Assembly (NCBI GenBank): GCA_030141605.1
Contig: JAQGDQ010000999.1
Location: 1 to 64,000 of the forward strand
DNA: 64,000 bases
DNA from: Tubiluchus corallicola
Taxonomy: Eukaryota > Animalia > Priapulida
Reading direction: 5' to 3'
Of the stretch, positions 1-13,400 are shown piece after piece (the first letter of the stretch is position 1; the number at the start of each line of letters is the position of its first letter). Both the position numbers and the translations under genes were made by a program. A model generated the notes under the pieces. That model was not told the origin of the DNA. It did no database searches and saw only the letters and a program-made list of their open reading frames with translations.

Positions 1-16
1 AATTTCGACCACTCAC

Positions 17-87
17 TGCTTCGTGCCCATAGTTGCTCCGCCATGCCGCGCCCATCCGTACAGCTCATTCCAGTTGAAAGGTCTTAT
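17..87 (-). CDS. PFK: PFK alternative exon 14b ([25 protein letters not shown])
   Basis: TTTTCAG acceptor, GTGAGT donor, 71 nt, same phases as 14a. Confidence 0.88.
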
Positions 88-3000
88 CTGAAAATCGCAC
101 AAGACAAGTGAACGACAGCGACCACAAAGAAACCGATTTTCAATCAACTTACTTTTTACTACCGAGAAAACTGCCTCCTGTTCCCACCAGTCCCCGCATT
201 CCTTGCCAGGTGAGACGATGAACCTGAAATGGGTTGCATGCTAAACACACTCTCATGCTGGTTAATTAAATGTGATTAAAATAATAAATTCATTAAAGGT
301 CAAATTTAAAGTTTATTCAAAAACAAGAGCTATGCATAAATTGAAAATACTCAATTTGCTGCATTTCGTGGTTTTACTTTAAATCAGGGGTGTGCAAATT
401 GCGGCCCGCCGAGAGAATTTGTGCGGCCCGCGAAGAGATTTGTCAACCTAATGAAAGTGCGGCCCGGGCGATTAATTGAGTGTATCCAGCTGAAGTCCGT
501 GCCACGATTCCAAAGATAGTGCTGGTAGTTTTTTCTACTAGATCGGATGCCATTAACCCTTACAAGACGGTTGTAGCTTAATGTCACTGTACTACACAGA
601 CTGTGTGATACACATTACTAATATGCATTGTAATGAAATTATCTGTCCTGAACGTAGAAATATATGGTTTGTAATATAAATTTTAATAACTTCTAAAATA
701 GTTTCTTGTGTGTAGTAGTAATGATGTACGCAGGTTGTATGCAAAAAAATCGTTATTAGGCCTTTCTGTACTTGGCTTCTTGATCAAACTGCATGTGGCC
801 CGCAGGAATTGCTGGAAAGTTTAATGTGGCCCGGCTAGTCAGATAATTTGCACACCCCTGCTTTAAATGAAATTGGCCTTTCAAGATGCATTTTCTCCCT
901 AAGCACTTGTCCACTTTCTCCCTAAGCACTTGTCCACTTTCTCCCTAAGCACTTGTCCATTTTCTCCCTAAGCACTTGTCCACTTTCTCCCTAAGCACTT
1001 GTCCACTTTCTCCCTAAGCACTTGTCCATTTTCTCCCTAAGCACTTGTCCATTTTCTCCCTAAGCACTTGTCCACTTTCTCCCTAAGCAGTTGTCCATTT
1101 TCTCCCTAAGCACTTGTCCACTTTCTCCCTAAGCACTTGTCCACTTTCTCCCTAAGCACTTGTCCACTTTCTCCCTAAGCACTTGTCCACTTTCTCCCTA
1201 AGCACTTGTCCACTTTCTCCCTAAGCACTTGTCCACTTTCTCCCTAAGCACTTGTCCATTTTCTCCCTAAGCACTTGTCCACTTTCTCCCTAAGCAGTTG
1301 TCCATTTTCTCCCTAAGCACTTGTCCACTTTCTCCCTAAGCACTTGTCCACTTTCTCCCTAAGCACTTGTCCACTTTCTCCCTAAGCACTTGTCCACTTT
1401 TGCTTACAAAACTTCAAAAAACGGAACTGGAGACTACTGTTTGGTAATGGTTTCCTTGGATACCAAATATCTTGTCCAGCAACAAAATTGTAAACAGTGC
1501 TATACAATGAAGTGCGCAATTTCGGCGGATTTGAAGGCTAAAAATACTCTTTAATTCACAAAAAACAACACTACAACTGCTTAATGAAAGAATACTCCAA
1601 CAATTAAACTGGAAAAAACACACAAGAGAAAGTCAGCAACATACAGAATATTCCATCCGACATACGGCACAGAATTGGTCGTCAAGCTCTGCACTAACTA
1701 AAGGATCTCATCTTAAATATCTCATCGTTAAAATATCAGGGATCAGTATTATGGAACTCCCTACCTGCTCATATAACTTCCTTACCTCTGCATTCGCTAA
1801 AAAAAAACAGTACACTAAGGCACTTCATGAAACTTACGTGTAAATCAGTTTTTTGTCTGTTACATGTACATTCTTGTGGTAACTTTTGCTGAAAAACAAT
1901 TTTTTATAAGGTGCAAACTCACTTTCTATAATGTACAATAATGAACATGCTTCTTATATTACAGGCAAACACAGTCAGCAAAATGGACATAATGATTTCA
2001 CTCAGAAACAATTGTAAGATATTTTGCTTAGTAGTTCGTAAATTTGTCATGGTTTTTGATTTTTGTTTTTTGCTGTTGTATTTTTGTTTTTGTATTTCTG
2101 CACGTTTATGTATTTTTTAATATAGCTGTGTCTACTGTCGTTAGTGTCCTTTTGTTTACTGTCCTTTGAGAAGGGTGGTTGACTCTGTAACCTTTAGTTT
2201 TTCGCCACCCTTTCTCCTATGTTCGTTTGTATTTTTGTGTATTTTAATGTCAAATTATTGTATATGGAGGAAAATAAATTACTACGCATTTATACGCATT
2301 TTCTTACAGAAACCACCAAAAAGAAATTCCAAGTATCAAAATGACTCAGTTGAAGCATTTTCTTCTTGTTAACGTTGAATGAATAAAGAATAAATTGACC
2401 TTCAATGCAATCACATAAAAGTAAAACAATTTTGCAAAGTTAGCAAGCAAATTAATCGGCGAATACTACCAACGCTGGAACTTCGGTTGCAAATATGTAT
2501 TCGACTAATCGGACACGAAACTGATTCGATAATCGATTACGATTACTTATAATGTTATTTTACGAAAAAGCAAGCACACGTGAAAACCACGTATTTGTGC
2601 TTAAAAGAACTTTGCGTCTGCCAAACCCAATGCGCCAAGGAACAACAAAGCCAGTACAAGTGCACTAAGTTACTACACAACGGTAGCGCCATATTACAGG
2701 ATTTCACTGGGCAGTGACAGTTACTGGAAATGGTGCTGACAAACCATTGGCATAGCAGTGTCTAGTATTTTCTCCATTACTGCTGTGCTCATCTGTCTCG
2801 AGGGCAGATTTCTTTCATTTTAGAATTCTGCCTACCAAGTGTCTATAATAGGCATAATGGGCATATGGTGATAACAGGATGATATATGGATACATTTGTA
2901 CTGTGACTTTTGTAGATTTTGTAGTTGAAAATGTTATCGTAATACAATCAATCGAAACCGAAAAAATAATCGATGGTTAGAAATAAAGGCCCAAATCGAT

Positions 3001-6000
3001 TATAACCAATTAATCAGATACACCACTGCTTACTAGCAACTGAGTAAACATACAAGCTATTAATGCAATAAGCAAAGATTACATTAAAAATCAATTAACA
3101 CATAAAAGAAATTGGTTAAGATAAGACACTTGTATTGCTTCACTTTATGCTAACATCACTTATTTTCTAACGAAAGGGATTTCACAATTTTGCATAAATT
3201 TACCACAACTGGCAATTCAGTTACAAGGAGTTTCAAGATACTGAAATTTGTTGTTGATCGAAAACTGAAAAAATTGAGCTAGTCACTCATTATGGGTAGA
3301 ACTAAATGAGTTTACGTTCAGTTTTCAGGCTGCAAAAAGTATCAGTCTATAACTTTGTGCGAATTTTAACATAATTTAAAGCTTGAAGAACCACTGCTCT
3401 AGACTAAGCCGTTTGGTCATAAATCATTCAGTGCATCGTACAAAAACCCATTTTTATAGTTATAAGTTGAAAATCTTAAGAAGCATACATGTTTTAAATG
3501 TTTGCTTATGTTTTTTTATTAACACTGAAATTGCTCATTAGCAATGCCTTGGTATGTGTTAATGTTTATAGTTATGAATTGATGTTCATAATTGATTATT
3601 CACTAATTTTTTCATACTTTATTACATACTTTTCATACTAGATTTTTTATAACTTATCATTTTCTTAATTGTTTTTTTTAGAATGAATTACTACTGTGTA
3701 AGCACTGAGTACTGTAAGTGACAATAAAATATACACTAGAAATTATCAAATACATGCAATAAAATCATGAGTCATGAGTCAGATTAATAAATAACTGTAA
3801 CAGCCATTGTCTGCAGCAAAAAGATGAAGCGTGACAGGGGTAAAGGCATGCAAAAACTTTTTCAAAATCTGTCGTTTTATTTACGTATTTCACTAAGAAA
3901 AATTTGCACTGTTTAGTCAAAAAGCAGATTGGCTGCTTAATTAAAGGCTGACAAGTACAGTACACCCATTAATAACAAACAAATTTTTGTTTTTCAAATT
4001 AAGAATACAAACAGCTAAAATGTATGGCGGCCATCATAATAAACAATTGTTTCTACTGATTATATTACAAAAACATGTTTCACGCTATAAAACCTATGAA
4101 AATCTATTTCATCATTCTATTTCGAATACATAGCCAACGGTCATTCAACCAGCCAGTCAGTTGTTCAGTTCAGGCAGCCAGCCTATCAGCTAGCTAACCA
4201 GTCACTCAAGCTATTAAGCTGCTCATGTTTAAGCCAGCCAATCAAACATTCAGTTAATGAATAACTAATTGGATAAATAATCATTGGCTAAGTAACTTAG
4301 CAACCCAGTTATCCATCAGAATAAACGTTTGCTTAATCACTCGAACAATTAATCGGTAATTAACGAACAATGGTGAACCAGTAATTATTACACGTATATG
4401 AAAAGAAGCAAATGGCAAGCTGCTTAAATGAAATAGAGTAAGAACAACTTACATTACCAGCCACCAAACCGTCTATGCTGTCAAAGATACCGAGTACCGT
4501 GAAGCCTTGAAACATTGCTAGACGAGTGAAAGAACGCACAGCTGCGTTCATACCGCACGCTGGAGCTCCCACGCACATTACAGCTATCTTCTGCTGCTTC
4601 TGCACAAAAGATAACATTATCAATGCAAAATAATGAGAAATACATATCTAGTAAGTAATAGGTTATTTTGAGACAAAATTTAAACAAAAAAAAACACGAG
4701 TCAAATGCAGGGATGAAAATGATAAATTGCAAAAACTCTGAAACAGGCTGGGGGTTTAGGGGCCGCATTTTGCCCCCTTGGAGCACCAGCAACAAATTGC
4801 AATTTTGTGACCATAGAGAGCCTCTAAGTGGACTTAAAATATCAATTACTTTGTTTCATGCATAATTTAAAATACCCAACTATCAAGGATACATGACACC
4901 TAATTGTCTTAAAAATGCCTAAGTACTGGCCGCTTCTATGCAAAAGTATATAAAAACTGTCTGCAACTGACTCAAATAACTCCGCACAATTGATTCTATA
5001 TTTTTATACATACAGATATACACATGGTTACACTGATGTACGTGATATAAACAAAGTGATGGCCTGCCAACTAGCAGTCAGTTTGTGAAATAATGTACTG
5101 GGTCCGTACAAATTTTCTCAACGAATTTACGCGATTTACAAAAATGGCACTACTGGTCTTCCAAAAACTCGGAATTCCGCGTATACGCGGAAAATTCTCA
5201 TCCCTGCATATGACTCCTTGCCATCCATAAAACAAAACAAATACAAAGCAGATTTTATACCGCGTTGTGTTACAATATTATTCGAAAATTAAAGCCAAGC
5301 TACTAGAAGAAATTCAGCTCATTGCCATTAGTAAAAATATAGTGAAAGTTTTAGTAAAAAAAGTTTCAAATATTTTATTTTTTAAAACCAATGTATTCAC
5401 GACCGTGTGAATAGTTAGTTTAATTACAAAAAGTGTTACATTAAAAATTTGTTACAATAACAAAACCTCAACTATAGCACTACAGGTAACACAAAAGTTT
5501 AGGAAAATTTATTCATCCTGTATTTTCCTAAGATCTATACGTAGCTATGATAGGAATTCTACTGAAGACTTCTTCATTATGAATTACAGTCCTAAAACTG
5601 ATCTGTTCCAGCTTTATTCAATGCTACAAATTACTTGTTTTTGTCCTTCCTTCGTTTCAGGTAAATAATTCTTAAGCAAAAAATAAAACACAATTGAATT
5701 GAACTCAGTCAATATTTATCTGCCAACCTTGTGAGGCATCAATTACAACTGTAAAACAAAAGAGATACAGGCATGGTAACACTTACCGTACAAATTGTAC
5801 CGGTTGGGTCGCAAGAAGTTGACGGCGGTTGAAGGCGACTGAGCTGCAGAAATGCTGACAGGTTATTCAAGAAACTCCTACATCAAACACATTAAATCAG
5901 TGACATTTACAAGTAATCAGTCAGTCGGCCAAAGCTCATCTCCGTTGAACTCGAATAAAAATAACTGCACAACTCAACACAAGATGAAATAAATAGCAAG

Positions 6001-7060
6001 AACAACACATGAGGCAAAAATACGATTGCGAATTTCACATTTCGCTTGCTACCCTACTTTCCAACAAGAACATTAGGGCATTAGATAAAAGAAATGGGAA
6101 ACAACATCAATTTACAGTAAATAAAAATACCGTATTTATTCGAGTATAACGCGCACACGAGTATAATGCGCAACCCTAATTTTCGATTAAAAATCGGTAT
6201 AAAATTTTGTTTCACTTTTTCTCGGCTCAGACCAAGCATTGTAAGTGACAAACGTTGTTGAACACGTGCGGCCATGATAAAAATCATTTATTGACAACGT
6301 AAAGGAAATAATCAACTACCGTACATCACAGCGGATAATAAGAATTCTTCGATATGGCACCGTCTGACAAAGTCTGCTGATGACGCAAATATTATTGGTT
6401 ATTTCCTTAGCTACACCTCGCCTCTGCAGTGAGTGTTGCACATGAGCCATTGAGAATTATTTATTTTAGATCGTCCACGCAAGTGCTTTGGATACTGTTA
6501 CTAAAAATAGACCATAGGCGTTTTGTGGGTGGAGAGATGTGGCTGCATTCGATGTTTTGTGATTGTGGTCAGGGATATCTTCGACTAATGAGGCATTGCA
6601 CAAATAATATATTGATACATCTAAGCGTGTCACCCCAGCCCTCGTTTATAACGCGCACTCAAAGTTTGAGTTCTTTTTTAGGTAGAAAATTTTGCGCGTT
6701 CTACTCGAATAAATACGGTACTTGAAAGCCTAATTAAAATTAAAAACAGTAATTAATATCATACTTTACTTTTGAAAACTAGTTAAATCACACCACTGAA
6801 AACCCAACAATAAAACTAAAAATACGTACTTTCCACGTAACCTCTGTGCAAGTTCAAAATCGCCGTCATCCATTGCTTTCTGTACGGCTTTCGTCTAAAT
6901 AACAAAGCAATAAGTTGTACTATAGTTAACTGAATGATACGTATTAAAATTGTCCAGTTTTACATGCGTTATAGTTTACAAGTTGCTTATAGCAAAAATT
7001 TTTTCATAAAAGAACGACAATTTGATCTTGTAGTTAACAGGTATCTGTAGAGAGATTTGA

Positions 7061-7095
<35 letters not shown>

Positions 7096-7126
7096 CGTGC
7101 GTGCGTGTGTGTATGTGTGCCTGTGC

Positions 7127-7173
<47 letters not shown>

Positions 7174-7358
7174 AGTGTTACAGGCATCTGTAGAGAGATT
7201 TGAATGTGTGTGTGTGTGTGTCTGTGTGTGCGTGCGCGCGCGCGTGCGTGCATGCGTGTGTGTATGTGTGCATGTGCATGAGTGTGTGTGTGTGAGTGCG
7301 TGTTACAGGCATCTGTAGAGAGATTTGAATGTGTGTGTGTGTGTGTGTGCATGTGCAT

Positions 7359-7401
<43 letters not shown>

Positions 7402-10400
7402 ACAGGCATCTGTAGAGAGATTTGAATGTGTGTGTGTGTGTGTGTGTATGTGTGCATGTGCATGAGTGTGTGTGTGTGTGCGTGTGTGTGTGTGCATGAG
7501 TGTTTGTATGTGTGCGTGTGCATGAGTGTTTGTGTGTGTGCGTGTGCATGAGTATTTGTGTGTGTGCATGTGCATGCGTGTGTGTGTGTGCGTGTGTGCA
7601 TGCATGCATGAGTGTGTGTGTGTGTGTGTGCATGAGTGTGTGTGTGTGTGCGTGCATGTGTGCGTGTGTTACGCAACATAAAGCAACAAATCACAACACA
7701 CCAACATAATGTAACATATAAAAACCAAAGCAATGTAATGCAATGCAGTAAAGTAATTTGAATAGAATGCAATGCAAAGGTGTTTAACAGATTCATCGAG
7801 AAGCAGCTTTCAAACGTCCTAAACAAAAATCCGTAAAAAAGCTGAAACAACCCCTACTAGGGTGAGCCGATTTCGATTCGAAGCCAAAATTGTGGAGTCG
7901 CATAATTCTATCGCTTCAACTACACATACGTTCTTTATCAATAAAACATTTAAAACAGCATGCAACCAGCGCGCAATGTGCACAGTTTGAAACAGCATGC
8001 AACCAGCACACAATGTGCACAGTTTTTAACCAAATTATTAATGTATTTACCGCAGAGCAAAGTCAAACAATACGCACGACCTATGTAAGACTGATTTTTA
8101 TTTATCACTTGAAAAATTATTCAAAAACCTTTAAAACTGAATTCAAATTCGATTTGGATTCGAAATCTGAAATTCGGTCTGATTCCAGTTCAAATCGAGT
8201 TCAAAAATTCGACTCCTCGAATTCACTTTCCCGGACAGAGACAGCTCACCCCTACGACTCCTACCGTACCTCATCTTCACAGACGTGGCTGATATTAACT
8301 CACCTTCTCAACGCATTCCATCAGAGGCACTCGAACGGTCTGATTGCCATTAAGTCCAATCACACAGGCAGGCGTGTCTGGAGTGCTATCCATTAAAGCT
8401 AGGACAGCTTCAGCACCCATACGTGTTCCCTGGAGATACAGCAAGTTTGTTATACTACATACTATATCTCATTTGCTAAGCTTGTATTTTATACATACTC
8501 AAAATATTTTACTCGAAATACTCAAATGGACAACTAAAACAAATCTGTTGTATACTCTGTTGTCAATTCATACAAAAATTTACATACAATTCATACAAGT
8601 TTATAAGTTATTACAGCTATTATAACAGATTTTAACAATGGTAACTTGAAATATAACAGTACTAAAGGAAGCTAGATCTATCAACAACTACCTACCTATC
8701 TTACATTCGTTTTGCAATTATTTCTAATTCTTTTTAAAACTAGATAACTTTAACAAAGTTCAACAAACACCTTAACACTAAAATCAGGCATGGAGATGCA
8801 ATCAAATAATAGTGCGACACATTAAAATCACTTTAACAATTCTACCTGTTCTAAATGTTCAACAAAAAGTTGTACCAATGGTGCTACCAGTAGATAATCA
8901 AACATCAGCAAATATTATTAATCATTTGTTACTAACAACTGTTGGTGAAAAGTACACCAAGTGCACAAATTCCTGCATAAACTGGACATAAAACAGTGTC
9001 AACAACTGGTGTTATACCACCCACTCCTTCACATGGAAGATTATTCCAGAGCCATAAGTATTAGTAGGAAAAAAAGGAAAAAAGTTCGAGGTAGTTCTTT
9101 CGCACAAATTTATACAAACAATAAAACAATGAACTCTGAAACTAATAAACTTCAAGAAAAGACTTGTCGCTTAGGTGGTAGAGTTAATCTACTAACTTTC
9201 AAGTAGTATATATATATTTTTTATATATATTAAAATATTCATAATAGGATGAGATAAGATAAGAAATGAATTCAATCACATGGCTATGGTGAAATTTCAT
9301 TAAAATAGTATATTCCTGCACTGTAACATATCTGCATGTTGTAGCATGTTCAAACATTGCAACATATCCTCATCTTGTCATAAATCCATGCAAAGTAACA
9401 TTTGTATATTGTAAATAACGTATCCGCGCATTGCAACATAATCACACGTTGTAACATACACAAAATTGTAATACATCTATACTGACTATACATTGTAACA
9501 TTCCTATAAAGTGTAGCATATCCCCCCATTGTAACATATCCATACATTATAACACATATCTGTGAATCTATATATTGTAGCATGTCTGTGAATCGTAACA
9601 TATCTACGCCTTGCTATATATATTGTCACTCATCGCAACTCTCGAGCATCATCTAGCACAAGATAAGATAAGAAATTTTATGTTATAGTTCATTGCCACG
9701 CACTCTGCACTTTCTGAAATAATTTCTGTGAAGCACAACAGTTTTAATGAGTTGGATGTCAAAATAAGTTACCAGAATTCGGTCAAAAGCAGAAGCCTTT
9801 CCACCGCGCTGGACGTGTCCTAGAACGGTGATGCGGGTATCCGCTTTTAGTTTCTCCTCAGTAACCTAAATGCGATAAATAACGACTAAAGAAAAATGCT
9901 AACTAAACCACACTTTACATAAAAATTTATTGAAAGTGCCAATTATTAAAATTTCTTAGGAAAGTGCCATGAATTACAGGTACCACATATATATATATAT
10001 ATATATATAGTTTTATACATATACATATTGTTTTATATATATATATATAGTTTTTATATAGCTTTATATATATATATATATATAGTTGCATATAATTATC
10101 GTATTTAGTATTTACTCGTTTTAAGGACGTGCAAATAAGCGTCTGGGGAAACAGAATGAAATAATAAAATGCGCCCGGCCATCCACGTTTAAATAGCATG
10201 CCCCGGGGGTAGATCACTGTTTTAAAAACTGCTACGTATCAATCTCACCTTAGTGCAATTAACACAAAGCAACAAATTGCAATTATGTGACCATAGAGGA
10301 CCTCTAAGTGAACTTAAAATATCAATTACCTTGTTTCATGCATAATTTAAAATACCCAACTATCAAGGATACATGATACCTAATTGTCTCAAAACGCCTA

Positions 10401-13400
10401 AGTACTGGCCGCTCCTATGCAAAAGTATATAAAAACTGTCTGCAATTGACTCAAATAACTCCGCACAATTTATTCTATATTTTTATACATAGAGATATAC
10501 ACGTGGTTACACTGATGTACGTGATGTAAACAAAGTGACGGCCTGCCACCTAGCGGTCAGCTTGTGAAATAATGTACTGGGTCCGTAAAAATTTTCTCAA
10601 CGAATTCACGCGATTTACAAAAATGGCACTACTGGTCTTCCAAAAACTCGGAATTCCGCGTATCTGTGGAAAATTCTCATACCTGATTCAGTCTGCAGTC
10701 AGACTAATGTGAACGAATGCATGCCTATTCAACACTGTAATAAACCTGCCTGTTAGTGTATAGACTGCAGTGCTTTACTTTCGCCTTTTGGTCACCTAGT
10801 GGGTGCCGCTCAGCTGGGCAGCTATGCACAGATTACCTTCGGGACATGTGCAGTCATGCAGGTAATTTTTGTGCTTTAACTATCTGCCTATTTATTTTAC
10901 CTCAGATCATCAAAAATCGCTCTGTAATTTTTTACATTATGATATATTATGACTCCATTATACATTCGCTTGCTTATGTCTAAGAATTATTCTTGTGTTA
11001 TAAAGTCTATTTCAGTTTCCATTGTTATTATGTTTCTGTTATCAGATTTTCATTTCAGTTCTTGTTTTAGTTCTTATTTCAGTTCAGTTTTATTGCAGTT
11101 ATTTGCAGTTTGACTTTTTTATTATGCACTTATTATTACTGTGTATGAATTGTACTAACACGTTATAAGCATATCAATTTAATGTCATTCGTAACAATTA
11201 AATTTTTATTACAAACAGTACTAACACTAATACACTGTAGCATAGCACCTATAAAAATGTTCATCACTAACCAAAGGGCAGCTGACTAGATGACCAATTG
11301 GTCTTTCGCTGCCCTTTCTACACATTTTTGTTTCCAAATTAATTGTATTATAACCGTGCGTGTGTTACAAGATAAATAAAAAGATCATTATTATTATTTT
11401 TATTATGTGCCTAATGTTGCAGCCAGTTGCATGACAGATATCATTTGCAAAAGTAACAAGTGCCCGTTTGAGTAGTGGCTTGGTAGTTCGACTAAAATAA
11501 TAAGGGCCCAGCCATGCACAGGCCCCTTATTGTTCGTATGTATAAATCAACATGTAGGTACAAATGTATTATGGCTTGTTTACTTACTTTCTTTATAATA
11601 CTTGCAGTTATAGGATTCCCATCGCTGTCAATTGCACCTTCAGACACAAGAATGATATTTAATCTCTGTCCCATTTCTCTAGTCTATAAAAAATGCAGGA
11701 TTCAGAATGAAAAGTAAATTTCATTTAATTTACTAGAAGCGTCCAGAACACAACAGAATACACCAAAATACAGAAGACAACACAACCACTTAATGGCATT
11801 TAAAGGAATACCGGATGATTGTTTAGACTCAATCTCATTTTAATTCACTGTCCAAAATATACATTTTCTTCCCTATAAAAGTTTACAATTGTTCCTTATA
11901 TTTGAATAATTAGCTTAGAAAGTTAATTAACGGCAACCGAACGCAGCTATTGCTCACGTCAGAAACAGTTTGTGCAATGGCAGGCGTCTTCCCTTGCGCA
12001 TCAAGCACTTTTGCATAAGTGTTACAGTACTGTTTAAACGCATGATGTCACAAAAAATGGGCTTTACATCATATGACGTCAGAAACTAACACTGATCATG
12101 CTTATCACGGTACCACCTTCTATTTGTCGGCCACACGAATGTGACAAAAAGGCGCCGGTGCCAATCTTAGTAGATTCACTGACCCCGCATAGCTTTGAAA
12201 GTTTAATGAAATTTGAGTATCCGAGGTAATTATTATTTAATTTGAGCTTTGATTTAAAAAATGCTACTGTAATTTTCAATATTTTAGAGCATTCTTAATT
12301 CTGAACTCGTGTTTACACAATCATCCGGTTTTCCTTTAAGTATGCTAGAACTGATGATAAATAGTTTAAACCACAAGAAAACGCTCGACATAAATAAACA
12401 TTAAATAATTTGTCTTGAAATTTTATATCACTTACATTCTGTTTTATGGCATACGTTTTATAAATTTCAACTCCAGCGATAACTGTTAGGTGCTGCCATT
12501 TTAACAGCAAGTTGTATGATACATGTTTAAATAACATTGCGTAAAGTTTGGAAAAATATTTTTTATTTTATTAGTTAATCACAATTACAAACCCACAATG
12601 CACACAACAATTATAAAGATACGATTACGCACATATACAGCGCTACAAAAAACCTATACCACGTTATCAAGAAGACATTTACACAAGTCAAACTCAACAA
12701 TTTAAACCAAAGACACAACATCAAACCTTGATGTATAAACCCAATGGTACAGCATGAATAAACACAAATTTAAGATAGTTGCATACACATGTACTATTTA
12801 GTTTACATAAGTCATGTTAGTTGTATACATAGTTCGTTTTTTTCAATTTATAATAATTAACATTCGGGAACTGGCACATTTCAGAACAAATTGGAGAATT
12901 TCTGAATTGTTTGAGCCTAACAGTAATTTTAGTTTGTCATCATCTAATAAAATAATCACTGCATTCATAGCGCACTGTTTGTTAACTGAGTTAAAAGTTT
13001 AAATTGCTTTATATTGTCAATAAGATTGGTGACACAATTTTTGGCGAATCTGTGGTGCACACAGGGATGAGAATGACAAATTGCAAAAAACTCTGAAACA
13101 GGTCAGGGGTTTGGGGGTCCAAGGGGGGCGAAGCCCCCTTGGAGCCAACAAATTGCAATTTTGTGACCATAGAGAGCCTCTAATATGGACTTAAAATATT
13201 AATTACCTTGTTTCATGCGTAACTAAAAATACCTGATGTATGTGATGTAAACAAAGAGACAGCCTGCCACCTAGCGGTCAACTTGTGAAATAATGTATTG
13301 TATGGGTCCGTAAAAATTTTCTCAACAAATTTATGCAATTTACAAAAATGGCACTACTGGTCTTCGAAAAACTCGGAATTTCTCAGCGGAAAATTCTCAT

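Noticed and set aside
384-587. Repeated [16 protein letters not shown] (also at 34084 and 50446)
   Set aside because: Lies inside MITE family A; no transposase motifs
891-1400. CRISPR-like array
   Set aside because: Units are head-to-tail with no unique spacers; eukaryotic intron; no cas genes
1786-1796. 11-nt microexon candidate (TTTTAG|CGAATGCAGAG|GTAAGG) in PFK intron 13
   Set aside because: Frameshifting and without homology; such motif pairs arise by chance
6987-7850. Long His/Thr- and Cys/Val-rich ORFs
   Set aside because: Translations of the (CA/TG)n microsatellite
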